From Myxococcota bacterium (GTDB lineage: Bacteria; Myxococcota_A; UBA9160; UBA6930): a stretch of 64,000 bases of DNA. Numbering within the stretch: the stretch's first letter is position 1; every line of letters begins with the position of its first letter. Below the pieces are notes generated by a model. The model was not told the origin of the DNA and made no database searches. It saw nothing but the letters and a program-made list of their open reading frames with translations. The DNA lies in assembly GCA_965223705.1 (NCBI GenBank), contig OZ245015.1, forward strand, positions 2,720,001 through 2,784,000. Reading direction: 5' to 3'. Below, piece by piece: positions 33,095 to 43,377 of the stretch. Made by a program: the position numbers and the translations under genes.

Positions 33095-34426
33095 GTGCGC
33101 TACATCCCTCACACGGATTCCGAGATCCGCCAGATGCTCGAGGCTATCGGTGCAGCCTCGATTTCCGAGCTGTTCGAGGGCGTCCCCGACAGCCTGCGGC
33201 TCGATCGACCGCTCGATCTCCCCGAAGCGGCGAGCGAAATCGAAATCGAGCGCGAGCTCCGCGCACTCGGTGCACTGAACGAAGCGATCGATCCCCGCAA
33301 GCGGTTTCTCGGAGCCGGCGTGTACCCGCATTTCATCCCGAGCGTCGTCGATGCGATGGCTTCTCGGTCCGAGTTCTACACGGCCTACACGCCCTACCAG
33401 CCCGAGCTCTCCCAAGGCACGCTCCAGGTCATCTTCGAGTGGCAGACGATGATCGCAGAGCTCTGCGGCAGTGACGTCGCCAATGCTTCCATGTACGACG
33501 GCGCGAGCGCAGCGGCGGAAGCAGCACTCATGGCGATGAGAATCACGCGCCGCAGTCGCGTGCTGGTGAGCGCAGAGCTTCACCCTCACTACCGTCAGGT
33601 GCTCGACACCTACCTGGAAGGCCTCGATGCATCGGTCGAAACGCTACCGAGCCGAGCTGGTCAGACAGCACTTCCGGGCGATCTCGGCGACGAACCGGCC
33701 TGCGTGTTGGTCCAGCACCCGAACTTCGTCGGCTGCGCGGAAGATCTCGCCTCCTGGGCCGACTTGGCCCACCGAGACGGCGCCCTCCTCGTCGCCGTCG
33801 TGAGCGAGGCGCTGTCACTCGCGTTCTTCCGCTCGCCGGGAGATCACGGTGCAGACATCGTCTGCGGCGAAGCGCAGAGTTTCGGGGTGCCGATGTCGTT
33901 CGGCGGACCACATCTCGGATTTCTCGCGGCGCGAGAGAAATTCGTACGGCAGCTACCGGGTCGGCTCGCCGGCGAAACCGTCGATGCGCGGGGCAACCGC
34001 GGGTATGTCCTCACCTTGGCGACGCGTGAACAGCACATCCGGCGCGAGCGGGCGACCTCGAACATCTGCACGAATCAGGGGCTGTGCCTGCTGATGGCGA
34101 CGGTCTACCTCGCGCTTCAGGGACGCGAGGGCCTGCGGGAGTTGGCCCTGCGTAACTACCGACACGCGCGCTACGCACGGGATCGCGTCGCCGAGATGCC
34201 CGGGGCGGAGCTCCTGTTCGAAGCGCCGGGTTTCAACGAGTTCGCGGTCCGCGTTCCCGGCTCCGTCGACGCCGTGCAAGCGCGCGCGCGCGACGCGGGC
34301 ATCCTTCCCGGCCTCGATTTGCGGCCCTACCGAGAAGAGCTCGGTGAAGCCCTGCTCTGCTGCTTCACCGAACTCACGGATCGCGCGGCCATCGACCGGT
34401 GGGCGACCGTGGTCGGGCAGTCATGA
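33095..34426 (+). CDS. gcvPA: Glycine dehydrogenase subunit 1
   Basis: MRYIPHT, YTPYQPELSQG, ANASMYDG, REQHIRRERATSNICTNQ. Confidence 0.96.
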   Translation: MRYIPHTDSEIRQMLEAIGAASISELFEGVPDSLRLDRPLDLPEAASEIEIERELRALGALNEAIDPRKRFLGAGVYPHFIPSVVDAMASRSEFYTAYTPYQPELSQGTLQVIFEWQTMIAELCGSDVANASMYDGASAAAEAALMAMRITRRSRVLVSAELHPHYRQVLDTYLEGLDASVETLPSRAGQTALPGDLGDEPACVLVQHPNFVGCAEDLASWADLAHRDGALLVAVVSEALSLAFFRSPGDHGADIVCGEAQSFGVPMSFGGPHLGFLAAREKFVRQLPGRLAGETVDARGNRGYVLTLATREQHIRRERATSNICTNQGLCLLMATVYLALQGREGLRELALRNYRHARYARDRVAEMPGAELLFEAPGFNEFAVRVPGSVDAVQARARDAGILPGLDLRPYREELGEALLCCFTELTDRAAIDRWATVVGQS

Positions 34427-35925
34427 GTCGAGAACGCATCGATCGCGTCGGCAACGCCGCACGCGGGATCGGGTACGAGGAGCCGCTTCTCTTCGAACGC
34501 AGTCGATCCGGACGCTCGGCCGCAGCCCTGCCGCCGCTCGACGTTCCCGCTTACGCGCCGACCGATGAGTTCGGCCCCGAAGAGCTCGCGGGGGCGCTCG
34601 ACGGTCTCCCGGAGCTTTCGGAAGTGGACGTCGTGCGTCACTTTACGCGTCTCTCGACGTGGAATGCCGCAGTCGACCTCGGGCTCTACCCGCTCGGGTC
34701 GTGCACGATGAAGTACAACCCGAAGATCAACGAGAAACTCGCGCGACTCCCCGAGTTCTCGGAGGGCCACCCGCTACAACCCGAGGCGCACTCGCGCGGT
34801 TTTCTTCGGTTGTGTTGCGCGCTGGAAGAACTCCTCTGCGAAATCAGCGGCCTCGACGCGGTATCGCTCCAGCCCGCCGCAGGCGCGCAAGGCGAACTCG
34901 CCGGGATCATGATGATCCGCGCGTACCACGAAGCGCGCGGCGATTCACGCCACACGATTCTCGTTCCGGACTCGGCTCACGGAACCAACCCGGCAAGCGC
35001 TGCCTTGAACGGATACCGAGTCGTCTCCGTGCCCTCAGGTGCCGACGGGATCCTCCATCCGGACGCGGTCGCGAAAATCATGAGCCCGGACGTCGCGGGT
35101 CTGATGATCACCAACCCGAACACCCTCGGTCTGTTCGAGCGTCACATCGGCGATATCACCGAAGTCGTGCACCAGGGCGGCGGGCTCGTCTACGGTGACG
35201 GCGCGAACTTGAATGCCCTCCTCGGAATCGGCCGCCCGGGCGACATGGGCATCGACGTCATGCACTTCAACCTGCACAAGACCTTCTCGACTCCCCACGG
35301 CGGCGGCGGCCCCGGGGCGGGACCCGTCGGTGTCACCCGAGCGCTCGAACCGTTCCTGCCGACGCCGCGGATCACCCGCGGCCCCGACGGCGAACCGCGT
35401 CTCGATCGCGATCGCCCCCGAGCGATCGGTCGACTACACGGTTACTTCGGCAACGCCGGCATGTTCGTGCGCGCCTACGCCTACATCCGAACCCTGGGCC
35501 CGGACGGTCTGCGACGCTGCGCGGAAATGGCCGTCCTCAACGCGAACTACTTGCTGGCGCGTCTCGGAAAGACGTTCCACGTCCCCTACGACGGCCCGGT
35601 GATGCACGAGTGCGTTTTTTCGGACAAGTCGCTCACGCCCACCGGCGTCTCCACCTTGGACATCGCGAAACGGCTCATCGACTACGGGTACCATCCGCCG
35701 ACCATCTATTTCCCCCTCATCGTAAGCGGGGCCTTGATGATCGAACCCACCGAAAGCGAGAGCCTGGAAGGGCTCGATCGCTTCGTCGAAGCGTTGCTCG
35801 CGATCGCTGAAGAAGCCGCGGAAGATCCGGAACTTCTCCGGCAAGCGCCGCACCACACGCGGCTTGCCCGTCTCGATGAGACCCGCGCAGCTCGGCAGCC
35901 GGTACTGCGGCATCGGGCGCGCTAG
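34423..35925 (+). CDS. gcvPB: Glycine dehydrogenase subunit 2
   Basis: YPLGSCTMKYNPK, SAHGTNPASA, PLP Lys in NLHKTFSTPHGGGGPG. Confidence 0.96.
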   Translation: MSRERIDRVGNAARGIGYEEPLLFERSRSGRSAAALPPLDVPAYAPTDEFGPEELAGALDGLPELSEVDVVRHFTRLSTWNAAVDLGLYPLGSCTMKYNPKINEKLARLPEFSEGHPLQPEAHSRGFLRLCCALEELLCEISGLDAVSLQPAAGAQGELAGIMMIRAYHEARGDSRHTILVPDSAHGTNPASAALNGYRVVSVPSGADGILHPDAVAKIMSPDVAGLMITNPNTLGLFERHIGDITEVVHQGGGLVYGDGANLNALLGIGRPGDMGIDVMHFNLHKTFSTPHGGGGPGAGPVGVTRALEPFLPTPRITRGPDGEPRLDRDRPRAIGRLHGYFGNAGMFVRAYAYIRTLGPDGLRRCAEMAVLNANYLLARLGKTFHVPYDGPVMHECVFSDKSLTPTGVSTLDIAKRLIDYGYHPPTIYFPLIVSGALMIEPTESESLEGLDRFVEALLAIAEEAAEDPELLRQAPHHTRLARLDETRAARQPVLRHRAR

Positions 35926-36011
35926 GAAGCTTTGCGCGCGAGACCGAGGTCGGGCCTTGGCAGCGCCCAGCCCATTCGCGGCACCGCTCCGGGTTACTCT
36001 GCAGAAACTCT

Positions 36012-36884
36012 CTAGGACTCGAGGCGCTCTCTCGCGATCTCGGCCCAGTGACCGGTCGGTCGCAAGCTCAGGTAGGCGCGCCAGCGTCGGCGGGCGCTGC
36101 GCCACAGCTCGAGCTTTTCGTAGAGAAGCGCGAGATTCAAATGAGCGTCGGCAAATAGCGGGTCGATTGCCGTGGCGCGCCGGTAGTGGCGCAACGCCGC
36201 CTCGTCTCGCCCGTCTTCCTCGTACAAATTCGCGACGTTGAAATGCGCCTCGAGATGCTCGGGTTCCGCTTGGATGGCAGCGAGATAATGCTGCTTCGCC
36301 GCCTCGCGTTCCCCGGTGTTGAAAAACAGCGTACCGAGGTTGCAGTACGCGTCGGCGAACTCCGGATCGAGCTCGATCGCCCTGCGGTAGGCCCGCGCGG
36401 CGGCTTCGAGATCGCAATCGGCGCGGCAGCCCTCCTCAAAGGCCAAACGGGCGCGTTCCTCCGGACTCTCCCGCTCGATGGTTCGGCGAAGACTCGCCAC
36501 GGAGGGAGTTCCCTGTTGCCAGTCGAGGCACAGTTGCCCCGCATTGTCGATCGAGACTCCGTCGACCTGCAAAATCGCGTCGTCCGAATCCGCCCGGAGT
36601 GCCGCCGACGGATTGGGCAGGTGAGGCAACTGCCGCTTCGCCCAACGGATCCGCTCACGGATTCTCTGCAGCGGCACACCTCGGCGACGAAGCGCCACGA
36701 TCTTCCGCAAGCCGGCGAGATCCGCGAAACCGAGTCGCAGTGGAGTGATAGGTGACGTCGGCCGCGGTAGCAGATCGCGCTGGGACCAGTAGCGCAGACG
36801 GGCTGGCGAGAGACCGAGAATGCGCGCCGCCTCGCCGATACTGTACGCGCCGGCACGGGCATTCACTTCGTGATGTTCTCGCAT
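36012..36884 (-). CDS. MerR-type HTH + tetratricopeptide repeat protein
   Basis: YSIGEAARILGLSPARLRYW; TPRs ADAYCNLG, EAHFNVA, ADAHLNLA; start approximate. Confidence 0.85.
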   Translation of the reverse strand: MREHHEVNARAGAYSIGEAARILGLSPARLRYWSQRDLLPRPTSPITPLRLGFADLAGLRKIVALRRRGVPLQRIRERIRWAKRQLPHLPNPSAALRADSDDAILQVDGVSIDNAGQLCLDWQQGTPSVASLRRTIERESPEERARLAFEEGCRADCDLEAAARAYRRAIELDPEFADAYCNLGTLFFNTGEREAAKQHYLAAIQAEPEHLEAHFNVANLYEEDGRDEAALRHYRRATAIDPLFADAHLNLALLYEKLELWRSARRRWRAYLSLRPTGHWAEIARERLES

Positions 36885-37184
36885 ATCGTTTGCGCCCCCC
36901 AACGTCAAACGCGTTGCGATTGTAACCACTTCCTCACCCAATGGGACGCACAATCGATGTTTCTCGTCGACCGTTACCCGTCCGGCGCGAGAACCGTGTT
37001 GCGCGATGGTCGCCGACCATGAAAGATGTTTGTCGCGCGGATTCGCGCGCAGCAACTGAGGAAGCGCTCTTCGTGGCATTCGTACGAGTCCGAAAATCCC
37101 TTAGGATCGGCACAGTTTTGGAACTATCCCCGCAGTGGGTTCGCAAGCACCGTGAACCCCTCCGGCGCGCTCGGTAACGCGGTC

Positions 37185-38192
37185 GTGTCGAGCGACATCC
37201 GCCGCGGGTTCGTCGAGGCCGTCGGACGAACTCCGCTCATTCGACTGCGCAAGATCTCCGAGCGAACCGGTTGCGAGGTGCTCGGAAAAGCCGAGTTCCT
37301 GAACCCCGGCGGCTCCATCAAGGACCGTGCTGCGCGTCAGATCGTGCTCGACGCGGAAGCGCGCGGGGAACTCTCGCCCGGCGGAGTGATCGTCGAAGGT
37401 ACCGGTGGGAACACGGGTATCGGGCTCGCCTTGGTCGCTCGCGCACGGGGCTACCGGAGTGTCATCGTCATTCCGGAAAACCAGAGCCAGGAAAAGAAGG
37501 ACCTCTTGACCCTCTGCGGCGCCGAGCTTCACCTCGCGCCGGTCGTGCCGTACCGCGAGCCGGGAAACTACGTGCGCACCGCCGAGCGACTCGCAGAGGA
37601 GCTTCGAGCGCGTGAGCCGGGCGGCGTTCTCTACGCGAATCAGTGGGACAACCCCTCGAATCGCGAGGCGCACGAAAGGGGCACCGGACCCGAAATCTGG
37701 GAGCAATCGGGCGAGCGCGTCGACGGCTTTGTCTGCGCCATCGGAACCGGCGGAACGATTTCCGGCATCGGGGCTGCACTGCGAGCCCGCAACCCTTCCG
37801 TCGTTGTCGCGCTTTCGGATCCCGGCGGCTCGGCGATGGGCAACTACTTCGAGCATGGTGAACTCCGTGCCGAGGGCAGCTCGATCACCGAGGGCATCGG
37901 TCAGGGTCGCATGATCGGGAACGTCGAAAGTGCCGCGGTCGATCGCGTGTTCCGCATCTCCGATGCCGAAGCCCTCGAGCGGCTGTTTGAACTCCTTGCG
38001 GAAGAAGGTCTCTGCTTGGGCGGGTCGAGTGGAATCAACGTGGCCGGCGCCGAGCGGTTGGCGCGGGAGCTCGGTCCGGGGCACACCGTCGTCACGGTGC
38101 TTTGCGACCACGGGCAGCGCTATCAATCGAAGCTCTACAACCCGACGTTCCTGCGCGAAAACGGGCTACCGCGACCGAGCTGGCTCGAATGA
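37185..38192 (+). CDS. Cysteine synthase / cystathionine beta-synthase family PLP enzyme
   Basis: VGRTPLIRL, KAEFLNPGGSIKDR, GGNTGIGL, GTGGT, SSITEGIG; start approximate. Confidence 0.92.
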   Translation: MSSDIRRGFVEAVGRTPLIRLRKISERTGCEVLGKAEFLNPGGSIKDRAARQIVLDAEARGELSPGGVIVEGTGGNTGIGLALVARARGYRSVIVIPENQSQEKKDLLTLCGAELHLAPVVPYREPGNYVRTAERLAEELRAREPGGVLYANQWDNPSNREAHERGTGPEIWEQSGERVDGFVCAIGTGGTISGIGAALRARNPSVVVALSDPGGSAMGNYFEHGELRAEGSSITEGIGQGRMIGNVESAAVDRVFRISDAEALERLFELLAEEGLCLGGSSGINVAGAERLARELGPGHTVVTVLCDHGQRYQSKLYNPTFLRENGLPRPSWLE

Positions 38193-39337
38193 CCCGCCGC
38201 TTCGAGACCCGCGCGATCCACGCCGGACAAGAACCCGACCCGGCGACCGGCGCGACGATCACGCCGGTCTATCAGACCACGACCTTTACCCAGACCTCGC
38301 TCGGTGAAAGCCGGGGCTACGAGTACGCTCGCGGTGCAAACCCGACACGCACCGCTCTCGAGGCAGCGCTCGCTTCGCTCGAAGGCGGGTCGTTCGCGCT
38401 CGCTTACGCCTCGGGCATGGCAGCCATCGCCGGCGTGGTGCAGACGCTTTCGGAAGGTGACGAACTCGTGGTGGCCGACGACCTCTACGGCGGGAGCTAC
38501 CGACTGTTTCGGGAAGTCCTGCCTCGTTCGGGGATCACGCCGCGTTTCGTCGACGCGCGGGTCGTCGACAACGTCGCGGAAGCGCTGTCTGATCGCACGC
38601 GGATGTTGTGGCTCGAAAGTCCTACGAACCCCATGCTGCGCGTGCTCGACATCGCCGCGTGCGCCGAACTCGCCCGGAAGCGCGGCATCCGGACGGTGGT
38701 CGACAACACCTTCGCCACACCTTTTCTCCAGCGCCCCCTCGAACTCGGCGCCGACATCGTCGTGCATTCGACGACGAAGTACATCGGCGGCCACTCGGAC
38801 GTCGTCGGCGGTGCCGTCGTCGGCAAGGACGAGGTCCTCGGCGAGCAATTCGCGCGCCTGCGCAGCACGACCGGCGGTGTGCCGGGCCCCTGGGATGCGT
38901 GGCTGACGCTGCGAGGTCTCAAGACACTCGCGGTCCGCATGCGGCAACACGAGGAGAACGCGGCCGCGGTGGCGGCTTTTGCACGGGCCCACCCGAAAGT
39001 CGCGAAGACCCACTACCCCGGCCTTTCGGACCACCCGGGCCACGAGCTCGCACGCCGTCAGATGGACGGCTTCGGCGGCATGGTGACCCTCGAGCTCGCG
39101 GGCGGCGCCAACGCCGCGCGAGCCCTCTGCGAGGGAACCCGGGTGTTCAGCTTGGCCGAGAGCTTGGGCGGCATCGAATCGCTCATCGGCTACCCGTGGC
39201 TGATGAGCCACGCGTCGTTCAGCGAAGCGATGCGCCTCGACAAGGGAATCACCGAAGCCACGGTCCGCCTCTCGATCGGCCTCGAACACCGCGACGATTT
39301 GTGCGCGGATCTCGACCAGGCCCTGGCCGGCGTCTAG
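38189..39337 (+). CDS. Cystathionine gamma-synthase/gamma-lyase family
   Basis: [51 protein letters not shown] overlap with the upstream gene. Confidence 0.93.
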   Translation: MTRRFETRAIHAGQEPDPATGATITPVYQTTTFTQTSLGESRGYEYARGANPTRTALEAALASLEGGSFALAYASGMAAIAGVVQTLSEGDELVVADDLYGGSYRLFREVLPRSGITPRFVDARVVDNVAEALSDRTRMLWLESPTNPMLRVLDIAACAELARKRGIRTVVDNTFATPFLQRPLELGADIVVHSTTKYIGGHSDVVGGAVVGKDEVLGEQFARLRSTTGGVPGPWDAWLTLRGLKTLAVRMRQHEENAAAVAAFARAHPKVAKTHYPGLSDHPGHELARRQMDGFGGMVTLELAGGANAARALCEGTRVFSLAESLGGIESLIGYPWLMSHASFSEAMRLDKGITEATVRLSIGLEHRDDLCADLDQALAGV

Positions 39338-40722
39338 GTCGGCCGCGTCATGCGGCGGGGCACGACCCAGCGATCGAAGTCTTCGGGGCTCACACTCCCG
39401 CGGGCGAGCGCCGCTTCGCGGAGGGTCGTCCCGTCGCGCTCCGCCTGCTTCGCGATGTTGGCGGCTTCGTCGTAACCGATGTGCGGTGATAGAGCGGTCA
39501 CCAGCATGAGCGACGCCTCGACCCCGGCGGCGAGGCGGTCTTTCCGCGCCTCGAGTCCGCGGACACAGTGCTCATCGAAGCTCCTGACGGCGTCGGACAG
39601 CAAGCGCAAGGATTCGAGGACAGCGTGTGCGATCACGGGCTTGCATACGTTGAGCTCGAAATTGCCCTGGCTTGCCGCAACGCTGACCGTCGTTTCGTTC
39701 CCGAGGACGCGCAACGCCACCATGATCAGCGCCTCGGCTTGCGTGGGATTCACCTTGCCCGGCATGATCGACGAGCCGGGCTCGTTTTCGGGGATCCGGA
39801 TCTCCGCCAATCCCGCCCGCGGACCGGAAGCGAGCCAGCGAACATCGTTGGCCACCTTGATCAGCGAGCCGGCGAGGACCGCCAGCGCCCCTGACAACGC
39901 TGCGCACGCTTCGTGACCGGCAAGGGCCGCGAACGTATTGTCCGCCGGCTCGAAAGGGAGTCCGGTCTCTTCGGCCAACGCGCGTACGACGTCCTCTCGA
40001 AAGCGGGGGTGGGCATTGATCCCGGTCCCGACGGCCGTGCCTCCGATGGCCAGTTGCAGAAGCATCGGCTCACAGGCTCGGACAGCGTCCCGGGCGAGGC
40101 GCAACTGGGCCGCCCAACCGCTGATTTCCTGTCCGAGCGTGAGAGGCGTTGCGTCCTGGAGGTGGGTACGCCCGATTTTCACGTCGTCCCGAAAGGCTTC
40201 GGCCTTCGCTTCGAGCGTTGCGATCAGGCCGCTGAGCGCGGGTCCCAGAGATTCGCGCCAGGCGAACATTGCGGCCAGGTGCATCGCCGTGGGAAACGTG
40301 TCGTTCGTCGACTGACCGCGATTCACGTGATCATTGGGATGGACGGGCGACCGAGCACCGCGCTCGCTCCCGGCCAACTCGTTCGCGCGGTTGGCAATCA
40401 CTTCGTTCACGTTGGTGTGGGTCTGCGTACCCGAGCCCGTCTGCCAGACCCGCAGCGGAAAATGCGCATCCAGCGCGCCGTCGCGAACTTCCGCCGAAGC
40501 GATGGCGATCGGAGAAGCGAGCGTGCCGGGGAGCTCGCCGAGCGCGGCGTTCACCTCCGCAGCGCTTTTCTTGAGCTGTCCGTAGGCTCGGAGGAACTCG
40601 CGGGGGAACCGATCCTCTCCGATCGCGAAGAAGTCGAGGCTGCGTTTCGTCCCCGCGCCCCAGTAGACGTCTTCGGGAACAGAGACCTCGCCCATGCTGT
40701 CGCGCTCGGTGCGATTCGCCAC
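39334..40722 (-). CDS. fumC: Class II fumarate hydratase
   Basis: [42 protein letters not shown]. Confidence 0.96.
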   Translation of the reverse strand: MANRTERDSMGEVSVPEDVYWGAGTKRSLDFFAIGEDRFPREFLRAYGQLKKSAAEVNAALGELPGTLASPIAIASAEVRDGALDAHFPLRVWQTGSGTQTHTNVNEVIANRANELAGSERGARSPVHPNDHVNRGQSTNDTFPTAMHLAAMFAWRESLGPALSGLIATLEAKAEAFRDDVKIGRTHLQDATPLTLGQEISGWAAQLRLARDAVRACEPMLLQLAIGGTAVGTGINAHPRFREDVVRALAEETGLPFEPADNTFAALAGHEACAALSGALAVLAGSLIKVANDVRWLASGPRAGLAEIRIPENEPGSSIMPGKVNPTQAEALIMVALRVLGNETTVSVAASQGNFELNVCKPVIAHAVLESLRLLSDAVRSFDEHCVRGLEARKDRLAAGVEASLMLVTALSPHIGYDEAANIAKQAERDGTTLREAALARGSVSPEDFDRWVVPRRMTRPT

Positions 40723-40792
40723 CAGGCGAGTCTAACGCCGTACCTCCGGCGGAAAATTGGCGAAACTAGAACGAAAGTCCGGATGCTCTATA

Positions 40793-40811
40793 AATAACAA
40801 TGACTGTCATC
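40793..40811. promoter_or_regulatory. Candidate Fur/Per-type box in the divergent fumC-fur spacer
   Basis: AT-rich AATAACAATGACTGTCATC resembles AATGATAATnATTATCATT; imperfect 7-1-7 dyad. Confidence 0.4.
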
Positions 40812-40851
40812 ATTTGCGAAGTGTCGGACGGGTGCGATAACCGATAGGGCG

Positions 40852-41277
40852 ATGGAGATGAACAGCGAACTGAGTGATGAACTCGCCGGGCGGGGGCTGC
40901 GGGCCACCCGTCAGCGGATGGCCGTCCTCGCGACACTGCGATCGGCGGCCAATCATCCGACCGCGGGAGAAATCCACCGGCTCCTGCTGCCCGACCAGCC
41001 GAACCTCAGTCTGAAAACCGTGTATCAGACACTCGAGTCGCTGTTGGCGGTGGGTCTCGCCGATTGCGTCACCGACGGTGGCGAGCCCTACCGCTACGAA
41101 GCGAAAAGCGCCCCGCACTACCACGGCCGCTGCCGCGTCTGCGGCACGCTGTTCGACCTCCCCGCACGCCTCGACTCCCGAATTCGAGGCGAGACGCCGA
41201 TCCCGGAAGGATTCGAAGTCGAGCGCATCCACGTGACGTTGGTCGGCCGTTGCCCGCGCTGCCGGGACGACTTCTAG
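40852..41277 (+). CDS. Fur-family regulator (PerR/FurA-like)
   Basis: RATRQRMAVL, HPTAGEIH, SLKTVYQTL, HYHGRCRVCG, GRCPRC. Confidence 0.92.
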   Translation: MEMNSELSDELAGRGLRATRQRMAVLATLRSAANHPTAGEIHRLLLPDQPNLSLKTVYQTLESLLAVGLADCVTDGGEPYRYEAKSAPHYHGRCRVCGTLFDLPARLDSRIRGETPIPEGFEVERIHVTLVGRCPRCRDDF

Positions 41278-41394
41278 CGGCGCTTCGGGGTACCGGTGCG
41301 ACTTCTACAGGAATCGCGCGACCGCGGCCGCGGATGTGGCAGACTGAAGGGCCAGCGACGGTTTCGACCTTCGCAAGTGCCTGATTCCATTATT

Positions 41395-41493
41395 GGAAGT
41401 GCTTCCTAGGCTGGTGCCGGGCCCGGACTTCAAATCCGGTGGAGCCTGTGGCGACACGGGCTCGGGGGGTTCGATTCCCCTGCGCTTCCGCCA
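41395..41493 (+). tRNA. selC: tRNA-Sec (anticodon UCA)
   Basis: 8-bp acceptor GGAAGTGC/GCGCTTCC, anticodon arm CCGGA-CTTCAAA-TCCGG, long variable arm, GGTTCGATTCC T-loop, G discriminator + CCA. Confidence 0.95.
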
Positions 41494-41519
41494 GCTCACG
41501 AAGGAGCCACGCCCCTCCG

Positions 41520-41996
41520 ATGCCCGAGACACGCTGGCGCACCGCTGCGACAAGCGCCCTGATCATCGGCGTCGTCGGCTTGCAGTTGCAGGCCTTCGTT
41601 CCGGTCCGGTTCGGTATCGCCTTGGGAACCTGGGCCTGGCCCATCATCGACTATCCGATGTATGGCGGCGCCGTCGAGCCCGGGCCCGTCGAAGCCGCGC
41701 GACAGACCATTCGGGTCCGAACCGCAAGCGGTGAGACCCACACCTTGACGAAACGCCACCGAAGGTTGGTCGGAGCCGCGGGTGGCGGCATGTTCGGCGA
41801 GCGGTTCAGCGTTCCCATGCTTCGCGGCGAGGAGCCCGCCGCTCGCGAGCTCATCCGACGGCTGAACCGCCACCGGGACAACGACCCCTACGTCTCCGCA
41901 AGCACTGTTTTCGAGCGTTACGTGTTCGACTCGAAGGGGTTGCGAAAAACCGAGACCGAAGAACATCGGTTCGAGCTGGAGGCCCGCGGCCCGTGA
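41520..41996 (+). CDS. Hypothetical membrane-anchored protein (partner of HTTM protein)
   Basis: AAGGAG RBS, N-terminal hydrophobic segment, WAWPIIDYPMY motif; stop overlaps the next start. Confidence 0.7.
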   Translation: MPETRWRTAATSALIIGVVGLQLQAFVPVRFGIALGTWAWPIIDYPMYGGAVEPGPVEAARQTIRVRTASGETHTLTKRHRRLVGAAGGGMFGERFSVPMLRGEEPAARELIRRLNRHRDNDPYVSASTVFERYVFDSKGLRKTETEEHRFELEARGP

Positions 41997-42946
41997 TGCG
42001 CGTGCGGGATCTCTTCGCAGGCTGGCAGCAGATCTGGTTCCCGGAAACGACCGCCGCCCGACTCGCTGCCTGCAGAATCTTCCTCTTCCTGTTCCAGCTG
42101 TGGATTCTCCTCTACTGGCGGGCGGGCCTGGTTCTACATCTCAATCTCGTCCGCTACGAGGATTCCTTCACCACCCCCCGGGCGCTGACGAGTCTGGCGG
42201 CGGCCCTTTTTTCCGAGGAGGCTGTGCGGACGGAAGGCGTCATGACGGCGGTGTACGTCGTGACGCTCCTCGCGGCCGCAGCGGCCGCGGTCGGGTTCTT
42301 CAGCCGATCCAGCGCGCTGATCTCGGCCTCGGGCCACGCCTTCCTCGTCTCCCACTACTACTCCTACGGCGAGCTGCACCACCCGGAAGCTGTCTTCGCG
42401 ATCTGCCTGTTCTTCTTCGCCGCGAGCGACTGCGGTCGCTGCTACTCGGTGGATTCTTGGCTCGCCCGACGTCGCGGACGACCCGACACGGAGTTCGGCC
42501 CGAACGCGAACACCCGGTTCGCCCACTGGCCGCTCCTGCTCACCCAAGTGCTCCTCGGCCTGACGTATTTGGACGCCGGCTTGTCGAAGGTCTACGGCAA
42601 CGGGCTCGCGTGGCTGAACGGCTCAACCCTTCAGCACTACATCCTGCGCGACGCCCTGTCCCATGGCGCACCGCTCGGCGTCTGGATGGGTCAACACGGA
42701 TGGCTCGTGATCCTCGCGAGCTACGGGACACTGCTGTTCGAAATCACCTTCATCCTCGCGGTGGCGACCCGCCGGCTGCTGCCGCTTTACGCGATCTCCG
42801 GCTTGGTATTCCACGCGACCATCTTCCTCACGATGCGAGCGGATTTCTTCGAAACGATGGCGCTCTACTGCGTGTTCTCCGAACACATTCGCCCGCTGTT
42901 CCGGAGGCTTGGCGCGCACTTGAGCGCTTCGCGCCAACTCGCGTAA
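41993..42946 (+). CDS. HTTM-like / vitamin K-dependent carboxylase-like polytopic membrane protein
   Basis: LAACRIFL, YSVDSWL, TYLDAGLSK...WLNGSTL, GLVFHATIFLTM; several TMs. Confidence 0.75.
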   Translation: MMRVRDLFAGWQQIWFPETTAARLAACRIFLFLFQLWILLYWRAGLVLHLNLVRYEDSFTTPRALTSLAAALFSEEAVRTEGVMTAVYVVTLLAAAAAAVGFFSRSSALISASGHAFLVSHYYSYGELHHPEAVFAICLFFFAASDCGRCYSVDSWLARRRGRPDTEFGPNANTRFAHWPLLLTQVLLGLTYLDAGLSKVYGNGLAWLNGSTLQHYILRDALSHGAPLGVWMGQHGWLVILASYGTLLFEITFILAVATRRLLPLYAISGLVFHATIFLTMRADFFETMALYCVFSEHIRPLFRRLGAHLSASRQLA

Positions 42947-42947
42947 C

Positions 42948-43319
42948 ATGGCATCGATGCCGAAGGCACTGCACACGGCTCTGTGTCTGTTGCTGGCCAC
43001 CGCCTGGCTCTCCCACGGCAGTGCGATCGCGGCTCACGGGCACGCCGTCGTTTCCGTTCCGACCGGATCGGCTGCGTTCGATGTGTCGGACGGACCGCGT
43101 GTGCCGGAGCACGGCTCCGACGAGATCGCCCCGCCCTGCGCGGTCTGCGCGCAGCATGCGAGCAGTGGCGGCCCGCAAGTACGCGAAGCGAGTATCGACT
43201 TCGAGCACCCCCCGGAGCGCCTGGCCTTCGGCTCCGAACGAAGCGATCTGGCCTTCGAAACCGTCCTCGGGGACGCCCTAAGCCCGAGACCACCGCCTCT
43301 TCTCGCAGCACACGTCTAG
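42948..43319 (+). CDS. DUF2946/CruR-like leader ORF (signal peptide, CxxC, C-terminal RPPP)
   Basis: Hydrophobic N-terminus, His residues, PCAVC, SPRPPP 10 codons before the stop; 58 bp before a TonB receptor. Confidence 0.7.
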   Translation: MASMPKALHTALCLLLATAWLSHGSAIAAHGHAVVSVPTGSAAFDVSDGPRVPEHGSDEIAPPCAVCAQHASSGGPQVREASIDFEHPPERLAFGSERSDLAFETVLGDALSPRPPPLLAAHV

Positions 43320-43377
43320 ATCCGAAGCGACTCTTTGCTGTTTCGAGGCGTCCGCGCCTCCGAGAAAGGCCTTTTCC

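Noticed and set aside
41470..41493. attL/attR duplication of the tRNA-Sec 3' end, or an integrase
   Set aside because: No second copy or recombinase/transposase noticed by eye in the window.
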